NCBI GenBank assembly: GCA_002269645.1 | Contig: NIVC01000309.1 | Coordinates: forward strand, 248,001-312,000 | Direction: 5' to 3' | DNA from: Macrostomum lignano | Lineage: Eukaryota | Length of the DNA: 64,000 bases | In this document: positions 61,901 to 64,000 of the stretch, in pieces | Layout of the letters: each line of letters begins with the position of its first letter | How positions within the stretch are numbered: position 1 is the stretch's first letter | Made by a program: the position numbers and the translations under genes | The notes under the pieces: generated by a model | What the model was told of the DNA's origin: nothing | The model's input: only the letters and a program-made list of their open reading frames with translations | The model's database searches: none

Positions 61901-62251
61901 GTCCGGCAGTTCCAGGTTGCCAGCCGAAGGGGGTGCTCTGGTAAGGCTGGGGCCCGATGCTGTTGGGCCTCGTGGTCCCCGGCGCCACCCGGAGGATCCA
62001 GGGCCTCGGCCTCCCGCCTGCCTGCGCGCTTTGCTGCTCCATGGGCACGACTGCGCCGGTTGCGCTCTCTGCGCCGCTGGGTGCGGCGGGCAGCACTGCG
62101 CTGGCCGCGGGGGGTCTTGGCCTTGCCGCTGTTGGCTGCCGCAGCTTGAGGGCGCGGCACTCCGAGCCAACCTTGGCTATGCTCCGGGGCGATGCTCTGC
62201 CCAGGGGTGCCAGGAGGTCGCGGCATATTTATACGCCAGGGGCGTATACTA
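58961..62251 (-). mobile_element. Full-length RTE-clade LINE (~3.3 kb; APE + RT), frameshifted
   Basis: APE motifs LATWNCRTL, VALQEV, CAYAPT, VLGDLNA, LDHVL, SDH; RT motifs QNGFR, FVDFRKAFDSV, GVLQGDTLAPFLF, YADDLAL, FTYLG; C-terminal RLQLAGHVIR. (ATGT)n-like 3' tail; TSD ttgcgccatac at 58950-58960 and 62252-62262. At least four frame changes between ORF-track segments. Confidence 0.93.
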
Positions 62252-62569
62252 TTGCGCCATACTATAGTAATAAAATTAATACTATAGTAGTAATAATTTT
62301 ATTTAGCTTACCTAAGTTATTCAATACATTAAAGCACCATTGTTTATCAAATTTCCCTAAGGCATGAAATGAAACTTTCCGAACATTAGCTATTATACCC
62401 ATTTCTATTGCGCAATAGGCGCGAATGTTATACATTTAACTCTGACGGAAACTTGACCAATTATCACTCCCATTGTCTTTTATCCTATGCATCGCTATTC
62501 TTCATCCCGACTCTTCATCCTCGTCCTAATCCTCGTCCCCATCCTCTTCATCATTCTTCATTCTCGTCC

Positions 62570-63920
62570 CATCCCGATTCTCCCATCCCGATTCTCCCAT
62601 CCCGATTCTCCCATCCCGATTCTCCCTTCCCGATTCTCCCATCCCTGATTCTCCCATCCCGATTCTCCCATCCCGATTCGCTCATCCCGATTCTCCCATC
62701 CCGATTCTCCCATCCCGATTCTCCCTTCCCGATTCTCCCTTCCCGATTCTCCCATCCCGATTCTCCCATCCCGATTCTCCCATCCCGATTCTCCCTTCCC
62801 GATTCTCCCATCCCTGATTCTCCCATCCCGATTCTCCCATCCTGATTCCCCCATCCCGATTCTCCCATCCCGATTCTCCCATCCTGATTCCCCCATCCTG
62901 ATTCTCCCTTCGCTGATTCTCCCATCCCGATTCTCCCTCCCCTGATTCTCCCATCCCGATTCTCCCATCCCGATTCGCTCATCCCTGATTCTCCCATCCC
63001 GATTCTCCCTCCCCTGATTCTCCCTTCCCGATTCTCCCATCCCGATTCTCCCATCCCGATTCTCCCATCCCGATTCTCCCATCCCGATTCTCCCATCCCG
63101 ATTCTCCCATCTTGATTCTCTCATCCTGATTCTCACATCCCGATTCTCCCATCCCGATTCTCTCATCCCGATTCCCCCATCCCGATTCTCCCTTCCCGAT
63201 CGTCATATCCCGATTCTCCCTTCCCTGATTCTCCCATCCCGATTCTCCCATCCCGATTCTCCTATCCCGATTCGCTCATCCCGATCGTCCCATCCCTGAT
63301 TCTCCCATCCCGATTCTCCCTCCCCTGATTCTCCCTTCCCTGATTCTCCCATCCCGATTCTCCCTCCCCTGATTCTCCCTTCCCTGATTCTCCCATCCCG
63401 ATTCTCCCATCCCGATTCTCCCATCCGGATTCTCCCATCCCGATTCTCCCATCCCGATTCTCTCATCCTGATTCTCACATCCCGATTCTCCCATCCCGAT
63501 TCTCTCATCCCGATTCTCCCATCCCGATTATCTCATCCTGATTCTCCCATCCCGATTCCCTCATCCCGATTCTCCCTTCCCGATCGTCATATCCCGATTC
63601 TCCCTTCCCTGATTCTCCCATCCCGATTCTCCCTTCCCGATTCTCCCATCCCTGATTCTCCCATCCTGATTTTCCCATCCTGATTCTCTCATCCCGATTC
63701 TCTCATCCCGATTCTCTCATCCTGATTCTCCCATCCCGATTCTCCCTTCCCGATTCTCCCATCCCCGATTCCCCCATCCCGATTCTCCCATCCCGATTCT
63801 CCCTTCCCGATTCTCCCATCTCGATTCTCCCTTCCCGATTCTCCCATCTCGATTCTCCCTTCCCTGATTCTCCCATCCCGATTCTCCCATCCCGATTCTC
63901 CCATCCCGATTTCCCATCCT
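62570..63920. repeat. 14-bp minisatellite (cccgattctcccat)n
   Basis: Tandem copies; source of the (MGESGWENRDGRIG)n ORFs. Confidence 0.97.
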
Positions 63921-64000
63921 GATTTGCCAGATTTTCACTTTGTCATCTTTTTATTGCTGCAAGAGCTGAATATAGTATGAAAAAACTGATTGAGCCAGTG

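Noticed and set aside
62040-62251. HDV-like ribozyme in the RTE 5' UTR (known for some RTE/R2 elements)
   Set aside because: A cctcct core and hairpins are present, but I could not build the P1/P2/P3 nested pseudoknot by eye; an RNArobo or Infernal search would settle it.

Overview
Eukaryotic (animal) genomic DNA. The GC-rich exons and minisatellite-filled introns suggest a flatworm such as Macrostomum, but that is inference only. About 22 kb (~35%, summed by hand) is tandem repeat, which explains most long ORFs in the track. Six spliced or single-exon genes can be rebuilt by hand with GT-AG junctions and consistent phases. Five lie on the + strand: a TP53INP/DOR-like LIR protein, a secretory-pathway Ca2+/Mn2+ ATPase (ATP2C1/SPCA, 9 exons), an active PARL-like rhomboid protease, an adjacent catalytically dead PARL-like pseudoprotease, and aftiphilin (AFTPH, 6 exons). 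One lies on the - strand: a divergent 9-Cys TGF-beta-family ligand. Mobile DNA comprises a full-length RTE LINE with an 11-bp TSD, a decayed LOA/R1-like LINE with a nested RTE fragment, a permuted LINE fragment beside a 28S-rDNA-like R2-target fragment, two non-autonomous TIR elements and a tRNA-headed SINE-like family. Main leads: the active/dead PARL pair, near-universal intronic minisatellites (some families shared between loci), the 28S R2-site-like fragment and the divergent TGF-beta ligand. All coordinates were counted by eye; repeat boundaries are approximate.
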